DNA of 64,000 bases from an uncultured Fibrobacterota bacterium (GTDB lineage: Bacteria; Fibrobacterota; Chitinivibrionia; Chitinivibrionales; FEN-1185), in the NCBI GenBank assembly GCA_963729895.1, contig CAVSQB010000013.1:19125-83124 (forward strand), given 5' to 3'. The notes under the pieces are model-generated. The model searched no databases. It was not told the DNA's origin and saw nothing but the letters and a program-made list of their open reading frames with translations. A program made the translations under genes and the position numbers. Positions 42,064 to 52,336 of the stretch are shown in pieces (positions within the stretch are counted from its first letter, which is position 1; each line of letters starts with the position of its first letter).

Positions 42064-42117
42064 GACTATGCTCCCGTTTACGCTGTCTCGAGTAAGGCGC
42101 GCAAACTGTTGCGCCTG

Positions 42118-43968
42118 CTATTGTTTCATTTTCGGCTTGAGCAAATTCTGGTACATCAATTTGTTCGAAATAATGGCGAGTGCGCTCTTGAACTGGGCGT
42201 CGTCGAGAAGCTTGATCCGGTACACGGCCTCGTTGTCTTGTCCCAAGTCCCGCACCATAAGCGCCTCGCGCAGGTAATTCCGGATTTCCGGGTCATTTTT
42301 CGACACTTCGCGCTTGCTTTCATCTGCGAGGATCTTCGCCATTTGCTGCGAAATCTTCTTGAGCACGTCCATTTCTTCTTTTGTCCATTCCGGCTTCTTA
42401 ACAAGTGAAAAAGCGGATGAATCGGCGCCCGAATTCTTCGTGGTATCTTTCGTGGAATCAAGTATGCCCGCCCGGGTCTTGAATTCGTCGAACACGAGCT
42501 GGGCATAGCTTTGGTATTTAAACGCGATAGAATCGAGAAAATGATTGTAGTCCTTCATGATGGGTTCCGTAATGGTAAACCTCTCGTCGATCTTGACATG
42601 TTTGGCCGAAAGCCGAGGATATTCGTAATTTGCAAAGGAAAAAAACACGTCTTTGAGGAACAGCGATCGGATGACGAAATCCGGCATTTTCTGTTCGATA
42701 ATAGTATCGGGAATAATGCCGCCCTCGCCGTGCACGATTCGCATGTTTTTTGTGCGAAAGCTGGTGGTGTCCTTGCCTGCGATTTTCGAAGTGTCGGTTG
42801 CCTTGCCCGTCGAATCCTTCCCTTCCGCATTTTCTTCTTCGTCCTCATCCGATTTTTTGGTTTTGCCGCGAATGCCGTTTTCCGGCTTGTTAATACAGCG
42901 GCCAGACGGCGTGTAATAAAATGCCGTGGTAAGCTTCAGGTGGGTATCGTCGTCTATTTGAAGAATACTTTGAACCGATCCCTTGCCGAAGGTGGTGTCG
43001 CCCACAATCAGGCCGCGGTCCCAATCTTGTATGGCGCCCGAAACGATTTCGGAGGCGCTTGCGCTCGCGTTATTGACAAGCACGATAAGCGGAATGTCAA
43101 GAGGCAATACGGGATTTGACGACACATAGTATTCCTTGTTCTGCCCCTGGACCCGCCCCCTGGTGTACACCACCAGCGATTTCTTTTGCAGGAACTTGTC
43201 GGCCACCTCAATTGCCTCGGGCAGGAGCCCGCCCGGGTTAAATCGCAGGTCAAAGATAACGCCCTTGATGTTGCGCTTGAGCAGTTCCCTTAGTGCTTTT
43301 TCGACTTCGGTGCCTGCATCCTGAGAAAACGTTTTGAGCGAGAGATACCCGATGCCTTCGCCGAAAACACCGTAGTAGGGGACCGATTTGATACGGATTA
43401 TGGCACGGGTAATCTTGTACTCCAGGTCTTTGGGCTCTCCACGTCTGCGAATGGTGATGTTGACGTCGGTGTCCGGTGCGCCTCGCAGTTTGCCCACCGC
43501 TTCGTCAATTGTTATGCGATCGGTTGATTTGCCGTTTATCTTCAGAATCTGGTCGCCGGACTGGATGCCCGCCCGCTCCGCTGGCGTTCCCGGTATGGGC
43601 GTCATGACGGTAAGGACCTTGTCGCGGATGGAAATTTGAATGCCAAGGCCGCCAAACTTTCCTTCGGTTTGAATCAGCAGTTCGTCGAATTGCTTCTTCT
43701 CAAAGTAATTGCTGTGGGGATCGAGAATCGAAAGCATTCCCTCAATGGCGTTGTCGATAAGCTTCTTTGACTCGATGCTTTCAACATAGTTCTGGTGGAT
43801 CTTGGTGAAGACGCGGTCAAATCGCTGTACATCTTCATAGAAATTATCATTGTCTGCCTTTGTCACATCAAAGGCAAGACCGCCGATCACCACAACCAAA
43901 ACGATCACACCCAGAAAGGGTATCCTGCCTGAAAGCATTTTTGATTCGTTTCCCGAAGTATTCTTCAT
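42118..43968 (-). CDS. S41 carboxyl-terminal processing protease (CtpA-like)
   Basis: LDPHS, PDZ FGGLGI, DLRFNPGG, SASASEI and FGKGSVQ motifs; GGAGGAG RBS. Confidence 0.95.
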   Translation of the reverse strand: MKNTSGNESKMLSGRIPFLGVIVLVVVIGGLAFDVTKADNDNFYEDVQRFDRVFTKIHQNYVESIESKKLIDNAIEGMLSILDPHSNYFEKKQFDELLIQTEGKFGGLGIQISIRDKVLTVMTPIPGTPAERAGIQSGDQILKINGKSTDRITIDEAVGKLRGAPDTDVNITIRRRGEPKDLEYKITRAIIRIKSVPYYGVFGEGIGYLSLKTFSQDAGTEVEKALRELLKRNIKGVIFDLRFNPGGLLPEAIEVADKFLQKKSLVVYTRGRVQGQNKEYYVSSNPVLPLDIPLIVLVNNASASASEIVSGAIQDWDRGLIVGDTTFGKGSVQSILQIDDDTHLKLTTAFYYTPSGRCINKPENGIRGKTKKSDEDEEENAEGKDSTGKATDTSKIAGKDTTSFRTKNMRIVHGEGGIIPDTIIEQKMPDFVIRSLFLKDVFFSFANYEYPRLSAKHVKIDERFTITEPIMKDYNHFLDSIAFKYQSYAQLVFDEFKTRAGILDSTKDTTKNSGADSSAFSLVKKPEWTKEEMDVLKKISQQMAKILADESKREVSKNDPEIRNYLREALMVRDLGQDNEAVYRIKLLDDAQFKSALAIISNKLMYQNLLKPKMKQ

Positions 43969-44085
43969 GACAACTCCTCCGCAAGAACGTTTCGCTGCGG
44001 CGCTCAACGGTGAAAATAGACGGCACGAAACCGTATAAAATACATTAGAGTTCCGCACTCCCCCACTTTTTATTTGGTAAGAAAA

Positions 44086-44718
44086 TCACCGTTGGCGAAG
44101 CAACCGCAGCGAAATTGTCTTCCACACGGAACGCGTCAGATCCTCTTCAGCCGTATTTCCGTTCAAAACCACAATCCTCTCTGGGTACAGCGAAGCAAGT
44201 TCGAGGTAGCCTTTCCGCACTTTTTCGTAGAATTCCCTCCCGTTACCTTCAAGGCGGTCCGGGTGCTTCTTTGTCTTTGCCAAACGCGCAAAAGCGGTAT
44301 TCACGTCCAGGTCGAAGAGAAATGTGACCGAAGGAACCATGCCGCCTGTTGCAAATTCGTTGAGCCTTTTCAGCGTCTCCATCGCAATCCCCCTGGCGAA
44401 CCCCTGGTACGCGAAAGTCGCTTCCATGAACCTGTCGCACAACACAATGTTGCCTTTGTCAATTTCAGGGGCAATTTTCTCGCATACGTGTTGTGCTCGC
44501 GCAGCAAGGTACAGGAGCACTTCGCATGCGTTGCACATGCTGTTATTTGCAGGAGAAAGCAGAATACCCCGGATGTCTTCGCTGATGCGGGTGCCCCCCG
44601 GCTCTCGCGTAACCACACAAGGGATTCCCTTTTTCGCAAGAATTTGCTGCGTGCGCGCAACCTGCGTACTTTTGCCGCATCCGTCAATACCCTCGAAAGT
44701 GACGAACAATCCGCTCAT
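44086..44718 (-). CDS. tmk: Thymidylate kinase
   Basis: [22 protein letters not shown] and AYQG motifs; ATGA overlap with secA. Confidence 0.96.
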   Translation of the reverse strand: MSGLFVTFEGIDGCGKSTQVARTQQILAKKGIPCVVTREPGGTRISEDIRGILLSPANNSMCNACEVLLYLAARAQHVCEKIAPEIDKGNIVLCDRFMEATFAYQGFARGIAMETLKRLNEFATGGMVPSVTFLFDLDVNTAFARLAKTKKHPDRLEGNGREFYEKVRKGYLELASLYPERIVVLNGNTAEEDLTRSVWKTISLRLLRQR

Positions 44719-47700
44719 GCGGTTGCCCCGTGGCATTTTTTGTATTTTTTGCCGCTTCCACACGGGCAGGGATCATTGCGGCCTACCGCAGGAGTGGTGC
44801 GCACGACGGGCATTCGACGCACCGGTCCCTCGGCTTGCTGCCCCCTGTTGGCGACCAACTGGCCTGTCGGGCGAGGCTGCGCTTCGCCCGACTCGGCTTG
44901 CGCCTGGCCCGAAGAAGAGAAAATGTCGAACGCCCCATGCATGGTTTGCGCCCGGTTGAGCCCCATCCGGTCTTCTTCCGCGCTTACCGCTTCAAGCCGG
45001 AAAATAAAGGAGGTGACATCGCGTGCAATGCTGCTGCGGAGCTCTTCAAACATCTTTACGCCTTCACGCTGGTATTCGTAAAGAGGATTCTTTTGGCCAT
45101 ACGCTCGATATTGCACGCCGCCTTTGAGATGGTCCATCTCGTACAGATGATCTTTCCACAGATTATCGATAACCATGAGAAACACCCCGCGCTCGAACTG
45201 ACGCATTATCTGGGGCGTAAGCCGCTGTTCCTTTTCCTCGTACCGGGCCTTGACCAGCTTCCATATGCCGTCGAACAGCGTGTCCTGAGTAATCTGTGAT
45301 GCGGCATCCTGGGGCGGCGCATAGGACACCCCCATGGTTGTTTGAATTTCTTTGCTCAGGTCTTTGAGGTCCCACTGCTCGGAGTAGCGTCCTTCCGAGG
45401 TATACTTGAAAATGATTTCTTCGAGCGAACCGGCGAGTTGATCCAGGATCTCATCCTTTATATCTTCACCTTTGAGAATCCTCTGGCGCAACCCGTAAAT
45501 CTCCTTTCGCTGAAGGTTCATGACGTCGTCGTACTCTTTGAGGTGCTTTCGGATTTCGAAGTTCCGCGCCTCAACGCGTTTTTGCGCATTGCCGATGGCG
45601 CTCGTCACAAAGGGATGGGAAATAACTTCCCCTTCCTGAGCGCCGAGGCGGTCCATGATTGACGCGATTCTTTCCGAACCGAAGATTCGCATGAGATCGT
45701 CGTCGAGCGAAAGAAAGAATTTGGATGAACCAGGGTCGCCTTGCCGGCCCGACCGGCCACGCAGCTGGTTGTCTATGCGACGCGCCTCGTGGCGTTCGGT
45801 ACCAACAATGTGAAGCCCGCCCAGTTCCACCACTGTATTATGCTCATCTTCAAGCTGTTTAAACAGCTTGGCGAACCGCTGTCGTTTCTCCTCAAGACTC
45901 AGATCCTCAACAGCGATTCCCTCCTTGAGCAATTCGTTGTTTGCGGTGGCCTCGAAATTTCCGCCAAGAACGATGTCGGTTCCACGGCCGGCCATGTTCG
46001 TGGCAATGGTGACGGCCTTGAGCCGCCCAGCCTGCGCCACGATCTGCGCTTCCCTGGCGTGCTGCTTCGCATTGAGCACTTCGTGGACAATCCCGGCCCG
46101 CATCAGGAGCTTGGAGAGCAATTCCGATTTCTCGATCGATGTGGTGCCCACGAGTACCGGGCGGCCCTTTTCGTACATGTCGGTGATTTCTTTGACGACC
46201 GCGGCATATTTCTCCCGGTTGGTGCGGTAAATCTCGTCCTCGTGATCCTCACGCCTCATTGGACGGTAGGTTGGCACCGTGACAACGTCGAGTTTGTAAA
46301 TTTCATTGAACTCGCCAGCCTCGGTAATGGCCGTGCCGGTCATACCCGAAACCTTGGCGTACATCTTGAAGAAATTCTGGAATGTGATGGTGGCCAGAGT
46401 CTGGTTTTCACCGGCGATTTTCACGCCTTCCTTCGCTTCGACGGCCTGGTGCAATCCTTCGCTCCACCGCCTGCCGTGCAGGATGCGGCCCGTGAATTCA
46501 TCCACGATAAGAATCTGGCCGTCCTGTACCACGTAGTCGACGTCGAGCTCAAAAAGCGAATAGGCGCGCAGCAGCTGGCTCACGCTGTGGATACGCTCGG
46601 AACGTTCGGAATACATACGGTGAGTCTCTTCCCTTTTTTCCGATTTCTCAAGCGGCGTGAGAGCGGGGTGGTTGTCTATCGTGTGCAGCAACTCCGACAG
46701 GTCGGGTACGATAAAAAAATCCGGATTCGACTGGGAAACAAGAGTCCGGCCCTTTTCGGTCATTTCGGCGCTGTGACCCGATTCGTCAATAGTGTAGAAC
46801 AGTTCTTCGTCAATTTCGTGCAGTTTCTTTTCGCGCAAATAATCGGTTTCCACCTGCTTCATGTATTTCGAAACGCCTTGTTCTTTAAGAAGCTTGATGA
46901 GTTTCTTGTTCTTGGGAGCCCCGCGTTTGACGACAAAAAGTTTGTATCCCAGTTCATATTCTTTTCCCTCTTTGCCTACAAGCTGTTCGATCTCATTGAG
47001 CACATTCTGGACATACTGAGCCTGCGCGTTCACGAGGCGTTCCACACGCGGCTTGAGTTCTTCGTATTCTCTGTTCGATTTGGTCACCGGCCCGGAAATA
47101 ATGAGCGGCGTGCGGGCTTCGTCGATGAGAATGTTGTCCACTTCGTCGATGATGGCGAAATTGAGTTCACGCTGCACGAGCTGGGAGGGTGAACTTGCCA
47201 TGTTGTCGCGCAAGTAATCGAAACCGTATTCGTTGTTAGTTCCGTAGGTGATGTCGCATTCGTACGCCTGGCGCCGTTCCGGCGTGCCCGGCTCCGTATT
47301 GTCCAGGCACCCCACGGTAAGACCGAGAAATGAATGGATTCTTCCCATCCACTCACTGTCCCGTTTTGCAAGGTAATCGTTGACGGTGACGACATGTACG
47401 CCTTTTCCCGAAAGAGCATTGAGGTAAGCGGCCAAAACTGAAACCTGCGTCTTGCCCTCGCCGGTCTTCATTTCCGCGATTTTACCCTGGTGCAACACAA
47501 TAGCGCCCATGACCTGAACGTCGAAATGCGCCATGAACGGAATTTCCTTCTTGAAGTAGGGGTCAAACACCGTGCGGCGCTCGCCCAGCACCCGGTGCGT
47601 GGCCTCTCTGCAAACTGCAAATGCTTCAGGAAGTATGTCGTCGAGCGTTTCGCCCCTGGAAAGCCTGTCTTTGAATTCCGTCGTCTTTGCTTTTAATTGT

Positions 47701-47825
47701 TCGTCCGTAAGAGGGCACAGAGAGTCCTTGAAGCTGTTCACCTTGTCCACAATTGGACGAAGCTTTCTCATGTCCCTATCCTGCTTGGAACCAAAAACCG
47801 CGCCCAACACCTTCAAAATTAGCAT
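44715..47825 (-). CDS. secA: Preprotein translocase SecA (long form) with C-terminal SEC-C motif
   Basis: [35 protein letters not shown] and [13 protein letters not shown] motifs. Confidence 0.98.
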   Translation of the reverse strand: MLILKVLGAVFGSKQDRDMRKLRPIVDKVNSFKDSLCPLTDEQLKAKTTEFKDRLSRGETLDDILPEAFAVCREATHRVLGERRTVFDPYFKKEIPFMAHFDVQVMGAIVLHQGKIAEMKTGEGKTQVSVLAAYLNALSGKGVHVVTVNDYLAKRDSEWMGRIHSFLGLTVGCLDNTEPGTPERRQAYECDITYGTNNEYGFDYLRDNMASSPSQLVQRELNFAIIDEVDNILIDEARTPLIISGPVTKSNREYEELKPRVERLVNAQAQYVQNVLNEIEQLVGKEGKEYELGYKLFVVKRGAPKNKKLIKLLKEQGVSKYMKQVETDYLREKKLHEIDEELFYTIDESGHSAEMTEKGRTLVSQSNPDFFIVPDLSELLHTIDNHPALTPLEKSEKREETHRMYSERSERIHSVSQLLRAYSLFELDVDYVVQDGQILIVDEFTGRILHGRRWSEGLHQAVEAKEGVKIAGENQTLATITFQNFFKMYAKVSGMTGTAITEAGEFNEIYKLDVVTVPTYRPMRREDHEDEIYRTNREKYAAVVKEITDMYEKGRPVLVGTTSIEKSELLSKLLMRAGIVHEVLNAKQHAREAQIVAQAGRLKAVTIATNMAGRGTDIVLGGNFEATANNELLKEGIAVEDLSLEEKRQRFAKLFKQLEDEHNTVVELGGLHIVGTERHEARRIDNQLRGRSGRQGDPGSSKFFLSLDDDLMRIFGSERIASIMDRLGAQEGEVISHPFVTSAIGNAQKRVEARNFEIRKHLKEYDDVMNLQRKEIYGLRQRILKGEDIKDEILDQLAGSLEEIIFKYTSEGRYSEQWDLKDLSKEIQTTMGVSYAPPQDAASQITQDTLFDGIWKLVKARYEEKEQRLTPQIMRQFERGVFLMVIDNLWKDHLYEMDHLKGGVQYRAYGQKNPLYEYQREGVKMFEELRSSIARDVTSFIFRLEAVSAEEDRMGLNRAQTMHGAFDIFSSSGQAQAESGEAQPRPTGQLVANRGQQAEGPVRRMPVVRTTPAVGRNDPCPCGSGKKYKKCHGATA

Positions 47826-48155
47826 AACATTCCGCCTTCTCAAATCGTAACTATCTGAATTATATGTTTGTTGTATTTCCGACCTCAGAAATTACATCAG
47901 GACCAATTCAAATTCTCAGTACAACGGTCCCTGCACGAAATTGCGCCCGGAATCAACGAGGCGATTGCAATCTTGGCACTCCTGCGGGGAGCACCATCAC
48001 CGGTTTCCGTAACGGAATGCTTCTGCGTTTCAGGGACCTTGACAGGCGCTGCGGCCGCAAAATAGGCCGCAGGGAATTGCAGTTGTTGTGCAGAACATCG
48101 CAGGCACTATGCGCAGAAATTCCGGCCGCCGCGCGCCAAACCTGCCCGTCATACA

Positions 48156-48479
48156 TTATCCCTCAATCGTGCACGATATCGGAACACCGCGGGAGAATTT
48201 GTCAACCAGTTCACTGAGGGCTTTCTGCTGGTCCGAACTCACCTCACAGAACTGCATGCCCACGCGAAACCCGTCGGAACGTTCCTGGCAGTAAACCACC
48301 TGAGCCTTCACCTGGAGCGCATTGAACTTTGCGGAAGCAAACGCACCCTTTTCGAGCTTCTTTGCAGAGAAACAGCACACCCCGGTCTTACTCAAATCGA
48401 ACAGCTTCGGTTCATTCGCCCCGTTCAGATTGAGAAACTCAATCCGTTCACTGGCCCTGTCCTTCATAAGTTTCTCCAT
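48156..48479 (-). CDS. Stand-alone PilZ-domain protein
   Basis: RxxxR (RASER) and D/NxSxxG (DLSKTG) c-di-GMP motifs; RVGMQF. Confidence 0.85.
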   Translation of the reverse strand: MEKLMKDRASERIEFLNLNGANEPKLFDLSKTGVCCFSAKKLEKGAFASAKFNALQVKAQVVYCQERSDGFRVGMQFCEVSSDQQKALSELVDKFSRGVPISCTIEG

Positions 48480-48600
48480 GGTTTAAAGAAATGGAACGCA
48501 TGCGCTTTGCCCCAGCCAAAAGAAGCCCGTTGACCGGGTGAAACCAACAGTCTCCTGCTTTACTTCTTTGGCGATCTTTGCGAAAGACTCATTCCGTCCA

Positions 48601-49668
48601 TCAAGCCTGAACCTCAAATACAAAGGGGTAAACGACCTCCACAGGGCTTCCGCCGTCCATTGCCTGAAAAGCCCATCGTTTGATATAGCGGACAAGCGTT
48701 TCGTCAAATTCCGTATTCTTCGTTGTGGAACTGACGATGGACACATTCGTCACGCTTCCATCGGGCATTATGGTGAACTTTATCTTGAGCTGACCCGCAA
48801 GCGATGGATCTCTCTTGAGCCATGTTTCGTACACGCGTTTGAGCCTGTTGCTCTCGAGATCAATTACCTTCTTTATTGACGCTTGGCTCCTGGCCTCTGC
48901 GTTTGTGGTGTTTCCGGTTACTTCGGGCACGGCCGACGAAATGGCAACGCCGCCGCCGGACGAAATGTGCTCAGCCCGAGCCCTTCCAACGCTCTCCCGT
49001 GCAATGTCGACGCCCTGTGTTATGGCGCCCCGTCTCGCCTTGAGTTCGCTTGCGTCAATATTCCTTGTTGCAAACGTTCCTTTCGACACCTTTATATTGC
49101 CCAAGTCGCCGATTCCCTCGCCGGTCGCGCCGAGCAGGTCCGATACGCTTCCGCCCGAAGAAGAACCTCCCTTGCTGCTGCCTGTGGAAGTTATGGCAGC
49201 GAAGATTCCAGCTGTTTGAACGGCAGCAGCCACTCTTTCCCGGACCGCCTGGCGCTGCTCACGCGTTGCTTCCTGCCGTTCCTTGCGCTGCACGAACGTC
49301 TCTTTCTCCCGGTCCACCTTCGCTTCCTTCGGCGCTTCTTTTTCTGCGGCCTTTCCGGTTTCGGCTGCTTTACCCTTTTCTTCTTTCTTGACTTCGGGGA
49401 CTTTCGGCTTAGGCTGATTAAGCACAAGCTGGGCATAGCGCTCTTGAATCTTGACAATTTCCCTGTCGCTCACATTCTCCGAAACTTTAAACGAAGCAAG
49501 GATCGACACAATCACAAAAGCCACAAGAAGGAGCGAGCCGAAAATGAGAGAAAAACGCGGATCAATGCGCGAAAGCATGCTCCGTCGCAGGTCTTTCGGG
49601 AACACCTTGAGCGAGATTTCTCCCGCATTGTGTAGGTAGAAAAGCCCGGATTGGCCTACGTTCGCCAT
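48601..49668 (-). CDS. TonB-like energy transducer with an AgmX/PglI (GltG/GltJ-type) C-terminal domain
   Basis: Single TM, Lys/Glu-rich then Gly-rich linker, LKRVYE..LKRDPSLAG.....F.I..DG.V...RW.F; TAATG overlap. Confidence 0.88.
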   Translation of the reverse strand: MANVGQSGLFYLHNAGEISLKVFPKDLRRSMLSRIDPRFSLIFGSLLLVAFVIVSILASFKVSENVSDREIVKIQERYAQLVLNQPKPKVPEVKKEEKGKAAETGKAAEKEAPKEAKVDREKETFVQRKERQEATREQRQAVRERVAAAVQTAGIFAAITSTGSSKGGSSSGGSVSDLLGATGEGIGDLGNIKVSKGTFATRNIDASELKARRGAITQGVDIARESVGRARAEHISSGGGVAISSAVPEVTGNTTNAEARSQASIKKVIDLESNRLKRVYETWLKRDPSLAGQLKIKFTIMPDGSVTNVSIVSSTTKNTEFDETLVRYIKRWAFQAMDGGSPVEVVYPFVFEVQA

Positions 49669-50168
49669 TATGCCTTCCTGTAAACTACCAGATTCATTAT
49701 CGGATATCCCGCCTGGCCGCACGTATACATGATTCTCGTGAGCACGTTGTAGGGAATCGCTACATCTCCCTGAATCGAAATCTTGCCGGAAAATTCGGTC
49801 TTGAAGATCTCCGACGATTTCTTGGCCTCCTCGCAATACTTTTTGAGCACGGTGTACAGGGGCTCTACGAGAAAGTCTTTCTGTGCAAGTACAGCCTGAT
49901 ACCCTTTTTCATCTATGACAATAGTGTTCTCCACCATGATGTTTGTCGCGGACACCTTGACGCTGAGTGCCTCCTCCGCGTTTTTCTCAACGGAAGAGGT
50001 TGGAAGCAGCAGGTTGTTGGCCGGGGTAACAAGCTGCCCCTGCGCCGAGTAGTTCTTGAGCAGGAACACCACCATTAGCGTGAACATGTCTATCATTGAG
50101 GTGATATTGAGCTTCACCGTGCCGTCACCCCGTTTCCGATGCTTTCGCCGAACAGATTGTTGTGCCAT
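49668..50168 (-). CDS. ExbD/TolR-family protein (AglS-like)
   Basis: LNITSMIDMFTLMVVFLLKNY (Asp27); IQGD..IPY..L..IMYT..QAGY. Confidence 0.92.
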   Translation of the reverse strand: MAQQSVRRKHRKRGDGTVKLNITSMIDMFTLMVVFLLKNYSAQGQLVTPANNLLLPTSSVEKNAEEALSVKVSATNIMVENTIVIDEKGYQAVLAQKDFLVEPLYTVLKKYCEEAKKSSEIFKTEFSGKISIQGDVAIPYNVLTRIMYTCGQAGYPIMNLVVYRKA

Positions 50169-51481
50169 TACTGTATTATCCCTCCCGCGATTGACACGTT
50201 GGGAAACATGGTGACATTGCCGTCGGGTGTCCGGGTTCCTCGGGCCGCGTCCATGACCGCAATTACCGTCTGGTACTTGATCTTTTCCTCGCCAACGAGC
50301 TTGATGGACTCGTGGTCGGCGAAAATGGTGGAACTACTGAGGTTCTTTGAAACGTACGCTTTATTAAGCTGATAGAGCGACGCATCGGCAGGAATCGTGG
50401 GATAGTAGGCCTTAACGATTTCGTACAGTGCTTTGCGCTTCACTTCGGCGAGTTTGGCATTAAGAGCTTCGTAGTCGAACTGGCCGTTGACCAAAGGAAT
50501 ATCAGGCAGTTTTTCTCCCAGGGTCTGATTCGCCTGAGCGGCTTTCTCGGCTTGGTTGAAATAGTTAAAAACGTTGAACCCCTTGGTAGTAATCACCACA
50601 CCGAGTTCAAGCTTGGTTTCCTGCTGGCTTTCGCCTCCTCCCACGCCCCCGCCCGCTCCCTGGGTAGACTCTGGCAGCTTAAGCTCAATCGTGCCCATCT
50701 TGACAAATTCTGACGAAGTGAGAAGGAAAGGAATGAGCATCACCATGAGATTGAGCATGGGAGTAACATCGGTATCGGCGACTTCCTGGTCCTCGCCGGA
50801 ACGCCGGACAAGCGAATTGAGCTTTTTCTGGTTGAATTCCGGGGGGTTTATCTGATTCAAAATGGCAAGCGAATAGCGGTCCAGTTCGACAAGCGCCACA
50901 TCGACCCGCGCACGCAGGAACGCGTACACCATCACGCACGGAACGCTTATCGACAGCCCAACCAGCGTGGAATTCATGGCCGTGGAAATTCCGGCGGCAA
51001 GCATGGCCGATTTATCGACGGCCGCAACGCCCGGCCTGCCGACCGCGGCAAACGACATGATGAGACCGAACACGGTGCCGAGCAAGCCGAGCAATGTCGC
51101 AACGTTGCTGAACATCACAAGCAACGGAAGCCGCTTTTCCATCTGGGCGGCCATATGCGTGGATTCCTCGCCCATAGCCCCTGCCACAAGGTGAGGCTCC
51201 ACCTGAGCCTTCCGAATGCCCGCGCCAAGAATGCGCGGCAGGGCCCTGTGCCCGCCCGATGCGCAAATCCGGTAGGCCTCGTCGAAATTTTTCTCTTCAA
51301 TAAGGCGTTTTATTTTTTCAAAAAGGCTTGCCGCGTCGTAATCGGTGCGCCGGTTGGTGTCCAGCCAGCGCTCCAGGGTTATGAGCACCGCCGTGAGCCC
51401 AAGAGCGGCCAGAAGCCACATGAAGATAAACGCATCATGCGACGGCAGAAAGCACTTGAGCAGTTCTGAAAAAATTCCCAT
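50168..51481 (-). CDS. Fusion of a MotA/TolQ/ExbB proton-channel domain and an ExbD/TolR domain
   Basis: Uninterrupted 437-aa frame: ATLLGLLGTV.GLI..GISTAMNST, then DVTPMLNLMVMLIPFLL...IKYQTVIAVMDAAR...MFPNV. Confidence 0.9.
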   Translation of the reverse strand: MGIFSELLKCFLPSHDAFIFMWLLAALGLTAVLITLERWLDTNRRTDYDAASLFEKIKRLIEEKNFDEAYRICASGGHRALPRILGAGIRKAQVEPHLVAGAMGEESTHMAAQMEKRLPLLVMFSNVATLLGLLGTVFGLIMSFAAVGRPGVAAVDKSAMLAAGISTAMNSTLVGLSISVPCVMVYAFLRARVDVALVELDRYSLAILNQINPPEFNQKKLNSLVRRSGEDQEVADTDVTPMLNLMVMLIPFLLTSSEFVKMGTIELKLPESTQGAGGGVGGGESQQETKLELGVVITTKGFNVFNYFNQAEKAAQANQTLGEKLPDIPLVNGQFDYEALNAKLAEVKRKALYEIVKAYYPTIPADASLYQLNKAYVSKNLSSSTIFADHESIKLVGEEKIKYQTVIAVMDAARGTRTPDGNVTMFPNVSIAGGIIQ

Positions 51482-51491
51482 GGTGTGTCAA

Positions 51492-51521
51492 TTGAAAGTT
51501 GGAAGTTGACAGTTGACAGTT
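51492..51521. repeat. Four degenerate tandem heptamers (TTGAAAG TTGGAAG TTGACAG TTGACAG)
   Basis: Read directly in the spacer between exbB and the exbB-exbD fusion gene. Confidence 0.75.
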
Positions 51522-51568
51522 ATCGGATTCATCATTCGAAAGCCGCCTCTAAATCGGCACTACCGCGA

Positions 51569-52336
51569 TCAGATATTGATTTCCTTGATCAGTTTATTAT
51601 CCGTGAAGATCTTGATGTTGTTGTGCGTAACGTGAAGGCCCACGCCTTCCTTCAGCTGGGATGCGCTGATATGATACTTGTGGGTCTTGAACGACTTTTC
51701 AATGAGGGAGTTGAGCACACGCACCGAATATTCGTCCAATTCATCGATGATTTTCTGAGTCTTTGCTTTGAGAAAGGCGTACACCATGATTGCCGAAATG
51801 GCAACCGAAAGACCCGTGAACGTGGAATTCATGGCAGTGGCGATGCCGGATGCGAGCAATTCCGACTTCTGAGCAGCATCGATTCCCGGGCGGCCCACCG
51901 CGGCAAACGACATGATGAGGCCGTACACTGTGCCCAGAAGGCCCAGCAGCGTGGCGACATTGCCGATCACGGCGAGATACCCCGTCCGCTTTTCAAGCAG
52001 CGGAATGATCTTGAGCATACCTTCGTCTATGGCGTTTCGGATTCGCTCGGCACCCGTATTGGCTTCGTCAAGCCCGGCCTTGATGACATTGGCAAGCGCC
52101 ATTCGCTTGCCTTTTTCACACAATTTGAGAGCGGCCCCGATGTCGTCCTTCACGATGCTCTGAAGAACGTCCTTTATGAAAGATTCGGAACGAACCCCGG
52201 ATTTGGTCTGCAGATATATGAAACGCTCGATAATAATGGAAATGCTGAACACTCCTGTTACAAGAATCGCCCACATGAACAGGAAAGCGTCCGAGTGCGG
52301 GCTAAAAGTGTGCATCAGCTTGGTTAAAAATTCCAT
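51569..52336 (-). CDS. MotA/TolQ/ExbB proton-channel protein (AglR-like) with a short C-terminal extension
   Basis: Three TM segments, ATLLGLLGTVYGLI and GIATAMNST motifs; GGAGGAG RBS. Confidence 0.93.
   Translation of the reverse strand: MEFLTKLMHTFSPHSDAFLFMWAILVTGVFSISIIIERFIYLQTKSGVRSESFIKDVLQSIVKDDIGAALKLCEKGKRMALANVIKAGLDEANTGAERIRNAIDEGMLKIIPLLEKRTGYLAVIGNVATLLGLLGTVYGLIMSFAAVGRPGIDAAQKSELLASGIATAMNSTFTGLSVAISAIMVYAFLKAKTQKIIDELDEYSVRVLNSLIEKSFKTHKYHISASQLKEGVGLHVTHNNIKIFTDNKLIKEINI

Noticed and set aside
45741..47192. 483-aa plus-strand ORF (similarly 3686-4936, 15472-16707, 27038-28153)
   Set aside because: Antisense to well-supported genes; expected from codon bias
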